NCBI GenBank assembly: GCA_009914755.4
Contig: CP086569.2
Location: 9,792,001-9,856,000, forward strand
From: the human T2T-CHM13v2.0 reference genome, Homo sapiens
DNA length: 64,000 nucleotides
Direction of reading: 5' to 3'
Shown: positions 50,701 to 63,904 of the stretch, piece after piece
Layout of the letters: each line of letters starts with the position of its first letter
Position numbering within the stretch: the first letter of the stretch is position 1
Position numbers and translations under genes: made by a program
The notes under the pieces: model-generated
Databases searched by the model: none
Told to the model about the DNA's origin: nothing
What the model saw: the letters and a program-made list of their open reading frames with translations, nothing else

Positions 50701-51181
50701 ATGTATTTATTTCTCAAGTTACGAAACGGCTTGCATTCTTTCCTGTGTCATGAAAAAGACTTTGCTAGAAAAGAAAAGCACTGCTTTATAATAAAATATT
50801 TTATTTGCATTTATTTTGTTAAGGCATTTTAAAAATTGTATGTTTGTTTAAAAAATGTCATATGAAATGATACATATTTACAACTTAAGGCGTGATGTTC
50901 AACAGGTCATATACATTATGCATTGGATACATCCAGCCAATCAACATATGTGTGACCTCACATAGTTGTCATTTTTGTTGTGAAAAAACTTGACCTGCAC
51001 TGTATTCGAATATTTTTAGAGAAAGAATATGTTACCACTAGTTATAGTGAGCATGCTGAAGAAAATATTTTTAACCTATTCCTCCTTTATAACTAGAAGT
51101 ATGAGTTCTTCATCCAGCATCTCGTCAGTGCACCCTCTTCACCGCAGTCATTGGAGTCACTACTTCTGTGAAGTCCGCTTT

Positions 51182-52585
51182 TTTGATTTCATATAAGAAT
51201 GAGATCATGTGCTATTTTCCTTTCTGATACCTGGCTTATGTCACTTAACAGAATGGCATGCACACATTCAGCAGATTCCCACACATTCTCACAACTGGCA
51301 GGATTTCCTGATTTCTCATTGCAGCGCATATTTCCGTTGCGCATATGCGTTTTTGCCCCATTTTTTAATCCACTTATCAATGGAGGGACACTCAGGTTGC
51401 TTCCGCATTTTGGCTACAGCAAAAATGTAATGAGTGCAGCAATAATTGCATGGGTGCGCGCACCGCTTCAACATACTGATCTGTGTACTGGCGGGCGTGC
51501 CCGGGTATTCTGATTTGCTGGATCATATAGTGGGTGGTTCTACTTGTAGATTTCTGAAGGCTGTTTATACTTAAATAAGAGCCATAAAGCTTCTTTAATG
51601 CCAGCACTAATTTACATTCTCCCCAAAAGTGAGCAGGGAATTCGTTTTCTCTGCCTCCTCACCAGAGATTAGGGTTTTCTTTTCTTTCTTTTTTTTTTTT
51701 GTTTGTTTGTCTTTCGGATAATATGCATTCTGACTGAAGTGAGAAGAAATCTCATTGTGTTTTTGATTTGCATTTTCGTGATGGATTGGGGATAATGAGG
51801 AATTTTTAGTGTGTCTTCTGGGCAACTGTATGTCTCAGTTTCACAAATGAGTCTTCGCAGCCTTCGCCCATTTGTTTTCATGCTATTGAGTTGTTGGGAG
51901 TTCCTTATGTACTGTGACTATTCCCCCATGAACAGATGTATGGTGATCCAATCATTGCTCCCATCCTGTAGGATGCCCCTTCTGTATGTTGAGTTTTCTA
52001 TGGTGTGGTGAAGCACTTTAGTTTGATATGATTCCATTCTCTATTTTTGATGGTGTTTACTGTGTTCTTGCAGTCACTTTGAGACCATCATTGCACACAC
52101 GGACGCCATGGAGCTTCTTCCTTGTGATCTCTTCTGCTATTTTTATTGTTTCACATCTGACACTGGAGTTTGGTGATAAATAATCCACTTGTAAAATCCT
52201 TTGTGTGGCTATTCAGATTTCCCCAACCTAGTTTATAGAAGATACTTGATTTTGCATTGGGCGTTCTTGCTTCTTTGGGAAAAGGCTGTGAGCTGCAAAT
52301 GCAGTGACTTAGTTCTGGGCTCCTGTTGTTTTTCCTAAGCTCTAGTCTCTGCTTTTCTGCCAGTGCTATTGTATTTTGGTACAAAAAGTTTTGTAGTAGT
52401 ATATCATGAAGTTAGGTAGTGTGGTGGCTCCAGCTTTGTGCTTTTTACTGGATTGCTCTGGGTTTTCAGGATCTTCTGCCATTTCATAGCAAATTTGGGA
52501 TTCCCAGATTGTTTTTCTAAGAAGAATGTGTCATTGATATTTTTACAGGGGTTGTATAGAATCTGAGGATGACTCAGGTAGTAGT
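51182..52585 (-). mobile_element. L1 antisense fragment (unit 3)
   Basis: Same element at offset ~40626. Confidence 0.7.
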
Positions 52586-53314
52586 GATGTCAATGCCGTT
52601 TAGACAATGTGCGTGTTTGTGTGCACAAGCTCAGGGCCAAGAGACACTGGGTGTCCTCACCAATACTGAGGTGGGCCTTAATATCCAGCCAGATTGCCTT
52701 CTGGAAACACACGGAATGTCCTGTTCTGTTTTGCCATCTCTTCACATTTCCTCCCCTGTGAGCCCTGTGTGGTCCTCCAGATTCCCTGTGCGGTGGCCTG
52801 CCTTTTTTGGGGTGGGGAGTTGCTGGGTGAATGAGGATGGCGGAGGGAACCAAGTATGTCAGTGGAGCGTGGTGTCATCCAAACGGTACTTAGCAGGCCT
52901 GGGAGAGTCATTCTGGGAGGACGCAGACCTAGAGAGGCCTCAGGTGGGCATCTGTGTGGAGGGTGAGAGATCCCTGGTTGAGCCCAAACTGAACCCCAGG
53001 TAGAAGCAAGCCTCAGGACAGGGAAGTAGCTAGCAAGGGATGATGAGGCAGCTATCTCTTGACCCTGGCTTCCCACCCATTGACCTTAGCTACTTATGCC
53101 TATTAAGCAGATTACGGTTCCCCCATCGTGAAATGTGGGTACCACAGTTCCCTGATGGGCATTTCTCCACCAGCCCATGATGGCCTGAGTTTCCTTACTG
53201 CAGTCTCCTCCCTGAGCCTTGGCTTCTCTATGTGTGTCCTAACTCCAGGACCCACAGGCCTGTCAACCCCCAGCCCTGGGCTGCTTCCCTGGCCTCTTCT
53301 CTGTTCCCTCTCTG

Positions 53315-53805
53315 AGGGCCTAACTCCCTTGGGTAGTGCTGCAGAATATAGAGCCACAGGCCCTGGCTGATGATCTGGTGGACTGGGCAAATTGGTCGTG
53401 ACAGGTCAGGTTCTGGTTCAAAGCCAATTCCTCCGATGCCAAGGAATGTCGAAGAAGGTCCTTTGCCATGATGCCCCATAGCTGCCCCACCTCAGCAATC
53501 GTGCCGTAACCTGGGCCCTCACAGTCAGACAACCAGCTGAAGAAGCTCAGGCAGTGACCTGCGGGAAACTCGGGCTTTCACCTGCATGACCCTAGAACCA
53601 CTGGACTGCAGTGGAGCCAGTCGCCCTGTATCCTGGAGGGAGACGAGTCAGGAAGGCGCACGCCAGGCCCAGCTCCCGAGGTACTACCCCCTCTACTCCT
53701 CAGGGAGGATGCCAACGCAATACTCCTTAGTCATCACTTTGTTTCCGAAGTAAATGTTGTGATGAAAGGCAAACTTCTTCCTACCCCTTGTATTCAGGGT
53801 GGCCG
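53315..53805 (-). pseudogene. TSPY-like pseudogene fragment B (unit 3)
   Basis: Offset 40625 from unit 1. Confidence 0.6.
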
Positions 53806-56157
53806 AGTTCCTCCACCTGCCTGTCCAAGAAGGAGAAACAGGGCTGTGAAGGGGCAATTTCATCTAGGTTGGCTGAGGTGGCATTCTAGCCGGGGTGAAG
53901 CATGCGTTTCCCCTTCCCAGCTTTCCCACTGAGACACACCTGAGCCCCAGAAGGACCTCAACCTGACCAGGACCTTAGCACCCTCCCCCAGACCCAGGCT
54001 TTCCATCCTGACCTGCAAACCCAACATGCAGCTTTGAAGGAATTTCTCATGTTTTCTGAGCTACTTTCTCTCACCAGAAAGAATCAGGACTTTTAAAGTG
54101 TGCTTTATGCCAACTTAAATTTTTCATTTTGACTACCTCATGTTTCTGATGAGGCATGTATTTTTAAATTTATTTTCACCCTTATTGTACCTCTGTGATA
54201 AACTGCTTGCTTAGATTCATACCATAATTATCTTTCAGGTTACTGTTCTGTTCCTAAAGATTCACTGAAACGAAGAATTCTATATATGCTTGTATCTTTC
54301 AGCAACTGTATGTCAGATAGCACTGCACATTACTGCAGAAATCACATATAAATGTCCAAAGGGAGATGAAGAAGAAGAAAGCAAGCTTTAAAATCTGTAC
54401 ATTCCTAACAGCGTATCAGAAACTCACAAATAACAGTGAAAACAAAGAATGATCACAGCCAATACCATTTCATACTTAGACTGAAATATGCAACTTCAAA
54501 AGAAAAGAAAGTTAAGAACTTTCTTTTGTAAAAATTTGTAAATATAGTTTGTAAAAATTTAAAAATATAGTTTTAAAAATTTTCCTATATAGATAAAATT
54601 ATTGGTAACTTTGTCTCACTAGAAAACATAAACATAAACAAAAATCCATCCTTTGCATATGTGTAAATATACATAGTTTTATTTCCATCAGTTATGACAT
54701 GTAAGCAAGTAGTAAAGTTAAAGTACAATAAAATGATATATGGAATTTTCTCAGTCTCAAAATATTCCATGGAGACTATCAATTTTATGAAAACCATAAA
54801 CAATGCTTCATGAAACTACATTATACAGTGCCATTTAGTATTTTACTTACGTTTTAAATAATCAACAATTAAAGGGAATTCGTCAACATTATTTATTATG
54901 AATACCGTTAATTTCCTTCAGTAATCCTATTGAAATTAAGTATTTTAAATAAAACATTAAAAACAAATTATATTGACTGATTTCAGCTTTGGATGAAATC
55001 ATACTTGTGTATTTGTAGTAACGGGAAGTATAACTTTCTCCTCACAATTAATCTTTTATAACATTGGTGTTTTTGTTTTCTCTGACACCAACATTGTGAG
55101 ATCGCACAGGTTTACTGCATGCATGCATTACATGCCTCCAGAGAGTAGGCTTCAAATATATGAAAAATTATATTTATGAAAAAATTCTAGGAAAGGGAAT
55201 GGTGAAATGGAAGAGAATTTCTCTCTTGTTAACTGTTGGTCACTGGATTTGTATATACTTGGATATAGACACATATTAGCACACTGTGAGTTTGCCCATG
55301 TACATATACACTTATATGAGAAACCCATAATATATGGGTTGTATAATGTTTTAATTAATCCACAATTGTATATGCGTGAAATTAGATAAGCGGTTACCTT
55401 TTCTTTACTCAATTTGATGGAAAGCCAAAAAAATATGTCAACCTTTATTTCAATTAATCCAATACCATTAACTGCTGGTAGCTTCATTCTCCTTGTTCTC
55501 TTACGGCAACCGGAAAGTTAATTCTCACTCTAATTTAGCTTTCAAGGTGCGATCAACAAGAGTGTCACCTTGCTGTGGATTGTGACCTCTGACTCCACCT
55601 CTGTCTTCCTTTTGCAGTCCTACCTTTGCATAGGTAACAAACTTTGTACACGGTTAAAAGGCTAAAAGTTCAGTGAAATGTCAAGCCATGCTGTGAAATG
55701 TTCCATAGTTTCTATATCTCTAATTGTCCTTTGATGTTATAGAGGCAAGAAAAATAATTCAATGTTTTTCTTAGTATCTAGTCCAATGCACTCTTTCTTC
55801 ATAATACTGCAAACAAGGCACTGACATGGAAACGTGGCTGGACGTCTCAAAATCTCTTCTCATTAATTACCATTATGTTAATCACTGTTGCCCACAACTG
55901 GAATTGGACTGTGAAATCCCCTGGTGGAAATTGCTATAATGGCTCAAACTACTGGAATGACTATCTTTTTTTACCTGAAAATATCTGATGAGCATAGACA
56001 TATGCTATATACAGGAACATATTGTACATTAACAACATACCGTCACTGCCACTCAATAATAGGTATCCCAAACCTTTGAGCCAAACTGATCTCAGGTGCT
56101 CCCACAAACCAAGCTTTTTCCTCCACAGATTTCTTATGTCAAAAAGCCGCAACTCCA

Positions 56158-56452
56158 GCCCAGGCTTCATGGCTCTTGTTATAATTTCTACATTTTGGGA
56201 GGCTGAGGTTGGTGGGTCACTTGAGGTCAGGAGTTGGAGACCAGCATGGGCAACATGGCAAAAACTTGTCTCTACCAAAAATACAAAAATTACCAGACTT
56301 AGTGGCACTTTCCTGTGGTCCCAGCTACTTGGGAGGCTGAGGTAGGAGAACCGCCTGAACATGGGTGGCAGAGATTGTATAGTAAGCCAAGATCAGACTA
56401 CTGCACTCCATCCTGGATGACACAGCGAGATCATGACTGAAAAAAGAAAAAA
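56158..56452 (+). mobile_element. Alu, plus orientation (unit 3, diverged part)
   Basis: cccaggcttcatggctcttgttataatttctacattttgggaggctgaggttggtgggtcacttgagg... Confidence 0.8.
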
Positions 56453-56503
56453 AAATGAAGGCAACTCCACTCGTCCACTGGCTTAGGTAAAAAATACTGG
56501 AGT

Positions 56504-56820
56504 TGGCTGGGCTCGGTGGCTCACACCTGTATTCCCAGCACTTTGGATTTTGGGAAGCTGAGTCGGGCGGGTCACCTGAGATCTGTAGTAGGAGAGCAGC
56601 CTGGCCAACATGGTGAAGCCTGGCTTCTACTAAAAATACAAAACATTAGCTGAGCGTGGTGATGCATGCTTGTAATCGCAGCTACTGCAGAGGCTGAACC
56701 TGGGAGGCGGAGGATGTGTTCAGCTCAGATCCTGCCACTGCACTCCAGCCTGGGCTACAGAGCGAGAGTACCCTGTGAGAAACAAAGGTGAAGAGAACAA
56801 GAAAGAAAATTAGAAAAATA
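56504..56820 (+). mobile_element. Second Alu, plus orientation (unit 3, diverged part)
   Basis: ggctgggctcggtggctcacacctgtattcccagcactttgg... Confidence 0.8.
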
Positions 56821-56912
56821 AGACCCACTGCAAAAGTTTGCCACAGAATAGATTAAACATTTCGCCAACTTCTAGCTTCTATCATGGAAGCCAAGGTTAT
56901 TTGGACCAAACC

Positions 56913-57269
56913 TCCTGTCTTAGTTCATTTTCACGCTGCTGAAGAAGACATACCTGAAACTGGGAATAAAAGGAAGTTTAATTGGACTGACAGTTCCACA
57001 TGGCTGTGGAGGCCTCAGAATCATGGTATACGAATAAAGGCACTTCTTACATGGCAATGCCAAGAGAGAATGAGGAAGAACCTGAGGCAGAAACCCCTGA
57101 AAAACCCATCAGATCTCGTGAGACTTCTTCACTGTCACAAGAATAGCATGAGAAAGACCGACCCCCATGATTCAATTACCTCCCCCTGGGTCCCACCCGC
57201 AACACGAGGGAATTCTGGGAGATACAAATGAAGCTGAGATTCGAATGGAGACGCACCAAACCATATCAC
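56913..57269 (-). mobile_element. MaLR LTR (unit 3)
   Basis: Offset ~40684 from the unit 1 copy. Confidence 0.65.
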
Positions 57270-60091
57270 TTCCCAAACAATTAAAAATTCCCAATAGAAG
57301 AAGCATTAATTATATCAAAAAGTGGCGGACCAAGAAGGAACTATTAGCCTCATATCTCAAGAAAGACTCTAGTCAAGGCCTAGGGACTACTCATGAAAAG
57401 AGTTTAATAGCCGACTCTCCCAGTGGATCTGGATTCCACCGGACTGTATCTTCACAGTAAGGGTGAAACATAAGTAAACCCATTCCTATTTCCAAGCTCA
57501 AGGAACTTTGGTCAAAGTTCTCTTGGAGCTGAGCAGAACAAGGAGGCAAACAGAAACAATTTGTGTCCCTGAGAAGTCATGGCCACAGGCTGGCTATCAC
57601 ACAGATTGTCAAGCCAGTTCCATATTGCATGGGTATTACAGAAAATCTCAAAACATAAATTTGTGTGTGTGTTGTCCCAGAGTAGCAGGATCTGGCAGAA
57701 GGAAATTTCCTTCTAACCCTCAAACAATTCACATAAATCTTGTTACATTTGGGATTTTACCATTTGTTTCATCAATGAGAATGGACTTTAGTTTTCATAT
57801 CTTTTTCTACACTCAGTTTATGTCTTGTTGGCATGAAAGTTCTGCTTGCCTTACACAAGGAGTTTAGGAATTTCCCTTTTTTATTCTATAGAATTCTTCA
57901 TATATATTGAAATGCTCTGCCTGGGGAAAAAATCTGAGCCTGTTGTTTTATCTCTAGGAAGAATCCTTTATTTCCTTGAACATTTACAAGACCATTCAGA
58001 TTAGATATGTCTTCTTGTGTTAATTTTACTAAGCTATATACATAGCTTATATTTATATCATATATAATCTTATATAAATATAAGATATAAATATAAAAAT
58101 TATAAATAAATATGAAATATATATAGAAAGCTATATATATGTCTATATATGTAGACACATTATAAAAATCTGTCTATTTGATCTAAGTTTTCAAATTTGT
58201 AAGTTAAGGTGTTAATGATATTTCCTTATTAGCTTCTTAATCTATGCTGTATCTATGGTTGTGTATCTTTTAAATTCTTAGTTTTATCTGTGCTTTCTCC
58301 CTTTTTTTCTAAACTTGACTGAGGGTTGCATCATTTATTATATTTCTCCAACAACCAAAGTTTAGCTTTGTATGTTTTACTAATTTTCTCTCCATCATTA
58401 TTCCCACCCTTCAGTTTTTCAGAATTGATTCTGTTGTTTCTCTTCTAATTCTTTTTTTGAAATATCTAGTACATTAATTTTCAAGTTATTAGAGAAATAT
58501 TTTTCTGTAAACTCCTATTGTAATATCACTTTTCTTGCTACTCACAAACTTAATTTTTAATGTTGGCAGTATCATTAAGTTCTAAGTACATTTCAATTCC
58601 TAGTATGATAATCCATGAATTGCTAAGAAATAGTGGTTATAATTTTGTTGTTCAATTTCCACTTACTTTTATTTTAACTTGGGCTAATTGAAAATTCTTT
58701 ACTAATTTTTTAAATCCTTGAACCCAAGAGACGGAGGTTGCAGTGACCTGAGATGAAGCCACTGCATTCCAGACTGACAGAGTGGAAGTAAATTTGAAAA
58801 CAAAACAAAACAAAACAAAACAGTCACTGGAAATATAATAAAATACATAAATTTGGGATGTAAAATGTTAATCATGATAAAATAAACTGAACTTCTTTGT
58901 ATAAGTTATACAAATTATTCATTGTATATAATTCCTGTAATCTAATTATAGTGCCTTTACACCTCAGGGTTTAAAACGACTCCAACCTTTTTCTGTTTCT
59001 CCAATTCAAATAACTATTTTAAGGTTTAATCTTTAGTAATATTTTGTAGTAATATTTTTGAAGATATTTGACCAGGATGATTTGCTTATATACTTATCTG
59101 ATATCTCCCTTTCTTTTGAATACATATTTTATTACCCACTGATTAGATGTAAGTTTAAGAATTTCGAATAGGGATTTAAATCTAAATTCTACATTTGAAT
59201 TTATAGGAGTCAGTGAGTCCAGGAAGTGCCATTATGCGCAGACCAATATCTGGCAATGGCACTAGGGGACAAATAAGCTTTACCAGTCTCAAAGCCCTGG
59301 CTACTACAGTGAATCCACCCTTCTCCTGGATCTTATCTACTTCAGCAAAAGAAGGCCACCCACTAAACCAGGCCCTTGTACTTTGGGTGGAAACTCCTAA
59401 GTCCTCTAGTCTCCTCAAACAGACAGCCAGGCTGCCAATTTCCACAATAATAATTTCTATAGCACTGAGTCTTTGGTAGCCTTGTAACTATAGCTACTGA
59501 TGCTACATCTGGTCCCTGTATGATAAAACACCAGAGCAACAGAAACAAAAATATTGACTGAAGCCTTCTAAAATCTCTCTAAATACACTTTCAATAAATA
59601 TGTTTTTTTTTTACAACACAACTGCGTTCAGCTTCCTGAACTAATGCTTGGCCTTCAATTGTTTTCATAGTTGAAATTGATTCAAAAGTGTACATTTAAC
59701 ATGAAAGTGAATACATAATTTCATGTATCAGCAACTACAATTTTCAAAACGATGCAAAATACAAATGTGAAACTGTATTTGTGAAATATACCATTTTTTC
59801 AAATTATATTTTCGTACCTACCCAGGAACAGAATTTTTTATAACTGTCTGCATTTTCTCCTCATGTGGGGCAAAAACAGCATCAGAGTTCTTGAATAATT
59901 TATGAAAGACAGGATGGCAATACTATACAAGTTTTACCTATACATAATACTGTATTTAGTTAATGAATAATTAGTTTCAAAAGCCTATTAAAGTATGGAG
60001 TAACTAAATAAAATATATTTAGTTCAATAATTCTAAAATACGTTTACATGAAGAAAATAAAACAATGATTAAAATACATAAACAAACAAAT

Positions 60092-60375
60092 GAGGCTGGC
60101 ATGGCGGCTCACACTTGGATGCCCAACATTTTGGGAGGTCAGTGCAGGCGGATCACAGGAGTACCAGACCAGCCTGGCAAATATGGTGAAACCAGTCTCG
60201 ACTAAAAATACAAAAATTAGCAGGACATAGTGGCATGTGCCTGTAATCCCAGCTCCTTGGAAGGCTAAGGCGTGGGAATCCTGTGAAGCTGGAGGGAGAG
60301 GTTGCAGTGAGCCGAGACTTTTCCCCTTCACTCCAGCCTGGATGACACAGTGAGACTCCATCTGAAAACACACAC
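60092..60375 (+). mobile_element. Full-length Alu present only in unit 3. Units 1 and 2 retain just its last ~110 bp (19700-19806, 40028-40126) because of a ~390-bp deletion.
   Basis: ggctggcatggcggctcacacttggatgcccaacattttgggaggtcagtgcaggcggatcacaggagtaccagaccagcctggcaaatatggtgaaaccagtctcgactaaaaatacaaaaattagcaggacatagtggcatgtgcctgtaatcccagctcc...ccagcctggatgacacagtgagactccatctgaaaa, followed by (CA)n. Confidence 0.8.
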
Positions 60376-61630
60376 ACGCACACACACATACACCCCAAAA
60401 ACTGATGAATAAAAAAAAATCCGTATTCGAAAACATGCTCACAGGCTAACTCCCATATCTAACACACACACACACAAAATTCCTTGAAAACGAAAGTTCC
60501 ACAAGGGGCAAATAAGAAAACAAATTTAACACCCCCCCATATAAAGTAGAAAGAGCAACCTGAAAAGAACCACAGGGGAAAACAATTCAAAATTTACAAC
60601 TATCTACCCTAAAAGAAGCTGAAAGTCCCTCAAAAACTTTCTAGAGACCATGTCCTTGTGATACAAAATGATCATTAAAACTGGCAGGAGTAGAAGAATA
60701 AAAATGCATCCTAAATCTTGCTAAACACTTCAAGTCTCCCATAAGAATTGTAATGGGAAATGGATCAGTCGGCAGCTTTTTCCATACAATTATGAACAAA
60801 TTATATTTCTTCATACTTAAATTTGTTTTTTCAATATTCTAAGAAATCAACTTTTATATTAATAGTAGGTGATGTAAGAAAGCAGGTCTTTATCAAGATA
60901 ACTGACACTGGATGTCCATACCATTACTCAAGTGGGCCTTAATTCCCAGCCAGGTTCCCTCCCTGGACACACACTGAAGGTCCCCAGCCATTTGGCAATC
61001 TCTTCACATTCCCAGCCCTGGAGGTAGTCCTAAAATACATGTACCTGAAGAAAATAAAACATTGCCTCACACTGGAGCCCAGTGTGGTCCTCCAGATTCC
61101 GTGTGAGGTGGACTAACTTATATGGGAAGGCAGGGCAGTGGGAGTGAGGATGGCAGAGAGGATAACACATGTCAAGGCAGCTGGGATCATGGAAACAAAA
61201 CATGACTGGCCTGGGAGAAACACTGTGAAAGGACATAGACCTAGGTGGGCCTCAGAGGAACATCCTCGTGGAGAAAAAGGGGGCCCTGGTTGATCTCAAA
61301 ATGAGCCCCAGGTGGTCGCAGGTCTTACTGCAGGGCAGGGAGCTGGTGAGTGATGATGAGACAGCTATCCCTTAAGCCCTGCTTGTCACCCACTGACTTT
61401 AGCCACATATGCATCATAGTGGCTTAAGGTGCCCCAATCCTGAAATGTGGGTGTTACATGTCCCTGATGGGCCTCTCTCCCCCAACCCACGGATTGCCTG
61501 GGATTGCTCACTGCAGTCTCCTCCAGGATCCTTGGGTTCTCCATGTGGGGCCCAGATCCAGGTCAAAAGGCCTCTCAGTTCCCAGCCCTTCCAAGCCCTA
61601 GGCTGCTCGCCTGGCCTCCTCTCTGTTCCG

Positions 61631-62151
61631 CCTCTAGGGCTGACCCTCTCTCCATGGGATAGAACTGCAATAGATTGAGCCATAGGGCCTGGCTGATGAT
61701 CTAGGGGACTGCAGAAGTGGGTCCAGGACAGTTCAGGTGACAGTTTAAAGCCAATTCCCCAGAGACCAAGGAATGACCAGCTAGGTCCTTTCCCATGATG
61801 CCCCACGGCGAACCCCACCTCAGCAATCCTACCAAAACCAAGGCAGTCATGTTCAGCCAAACAGCTGAATAAGCTCAGGTAGGAGGTGTACTGCCTGCAT
61901 CTGGAGGCTTGACCTTCATGATCCCAGAACCGCTGGACTGCAGTGGAATGAGACACCCTGTAGCCTTAAGGGAGAGGAGTCAGGAAGGTTCATGCCAGTC
62001 CTACCCTCCCACACTCCAGCTTCCCTACCATGCTGGGAGGCATTCCTTACCGAGGATGCCAACACAGTGCTCCTTCATGATGATTTCACTGTGGAAATAA
62101 AGGTTGGGATGAAAGGAAATCATCCTGCCACCAGTAACTGGGATGGCTGAG
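61631..62151 (-). pseudogene. TSPY-like pseudogene fragment A (diverged unit 4)
   Basis: Offset ~60851 from unit 1; several substitutions relative to units 1-3. Confidence 0.55.
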
Positions 62152-63256
62152 TTCCTCCACCTGCCTGATCAAGGAGAAAGAGGAGGGATTCAATGGGACC
62201 ATCTCAACTAGCTGGGCTGAGGTGGCCTACTAGCTGTAGTGAACCATGAGTTTCCCCTTCCCAGCTCTCCCACTGAGACAACCCTGGTCCCCAGGGGGAC
62301 CTCAAACTGACTCAGACACTGGACTCCTCCCACAGACCCAGGCTCCCCAGCCTGACCTGCAAATCCATCACGTAGCAAAGCAGGACTTCCGCATGCTTTC
62401 CGACCCACGCCGACATCTCGTGTGCCAAACAATCTACCTCTGCGCAAGAACTCTCCAGAGGATTGGGTGGGCAAGCCTCGTGACGCCTTGCAATTTCGCA
62501 AGAACACAGACAATGTGGAACAGGGCCATCTCCCAGACATTTGGCCAGTCACCCTTCATTGTTGGCCCTCTATCTCTGTCTGGCGAGGAGGCAACGCCAC
62601 AACTGTGGTGGTTTTTGGAGTGGGTGGACCCTGGCCAAGACGGCCTGGGCTGACCAGAGACGGGAGGCAGAAAAAGTGGGCAGGTGGTTGCAGCTGAGGG
62701 ACGGGAGGGGCCGGGGGTGGTGTGAGGCGGCTGCTTCTCTGGGTTTCTGAGATGCAGGAGGCCTTTGTGTGCTGGGTGCTGGACATGCTCCGCTGATGTC
62801 CGGGTGTGTGGTGTCCTCTTATCCTAGTCTCCCTGAGGGGTGGGCCTGTCCACTTGACGGAAGCCCTGTAGTTAGAAGCGACAGCAGGGTCGTGCCTGGC
62901 GCTCTCCATGGGAATTGGGTGGGTGCAAAGGAAGTTATATAGGCTCAAGGCCTACACACCTTTGGGTGCAGCGCCCGCAGGGGGAAGAAAGCATATCTGG
63001 GGAGCTGGTACCTGCCCTGAGGTGGTCGGCAACCCCATGCACCATGAACTCGTTTTAAGCACCTTGTGTTTCTGGGGTGAGCCTGCTGGAAACAGGCACC
63101 GAGAGCAGGGGTGGTTCAATGGCTGGCAATGGCATACAAATTCACCGTCCTCCAGGTACGTTCCCAGGGAAATGTCCCCTTCGACTTTGTGCTGTGCGGC
63201 AAGGGAACTTGGCGCCGCGATTCTCCCTTGTGAGTGCTGTGCTTGGCTCCCCTTCC

Positions 63257-63904
63257 CTACCACGTGCTCCCAGGGGTGCTACAAGAAGCTGCCCTCACAG
63301 CTGCAGCAACGTGGCTTCGGCTCCCACCCTGTCCCCCATACCCTGCCTCCTGGCTGACCCCACGTGCCTCCCACCTGGCTCCTCCCCGCAACCAGCCCCA
63401 ATGCCCCCCTGAAGCCCAATGACTATCCCTTGCTGCCAGCCATCCCGAATCGGCAGCTGCAAAGTATGGCTCTGGCCCACAAGGCGGAGATGCTCTGTGG
63501 CCTGGGGCATTCACGGAGCCCACCTCCAAGTGAAGGACTTCCAGCGAGTCCATTGACGGCCCGGGTGTGCTCGGTCCAGGGCCAGGCTGTGCCCGCTGGC
63601 CCTCCTTCTGCCACCCCACGTCGGGCTCCACCTCAACCACCACCTCCACCTCAGCCATGATGTCTTCCACCTTCAGCACCGCCTCCTCTTCCAAGGCCGC
63701 CTCCTTGCTCTGTACACCGGCCGTCCTCTCCAGCATTGCCTCCAGCCTGAACACAGTGCTCTCCTGGGTGCTCCCACAGCCCCCGGGCCTGCGCAGCCTA
63801 GCCCAGCCCATGTCCTGCACCCCTAGGCTCTGGGGGCCCGGGCTCCAACAGACCCACTCCTTGAAAGACCCACGGGCGTCGCCCTGCTGAGAACCTAGTC
63901 CCAC
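63257..63904 (-). pseudogene. Inverted TSPY exon-1-like pseudo-exon (diverged unit 4)
   Basis: Retains the ...[53 protein letters not shown]... core, but its flanks differ from units 1-3. Confidence 0.7.

Larger units (their letters stand above)
40639..60850 (+). repeat. ~20.2-kb tandem repeat unit, copy 3. Proximal ~13 kb is near-identical to copies 1-2; the part distal to ~53.9 kb is much more diverged.
   Basis: Colinear with copies 1-2 at offset ~40625-40657. From ~53900 on there are many substitutions and indels relative to copy 2. Confidence 0.85.
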
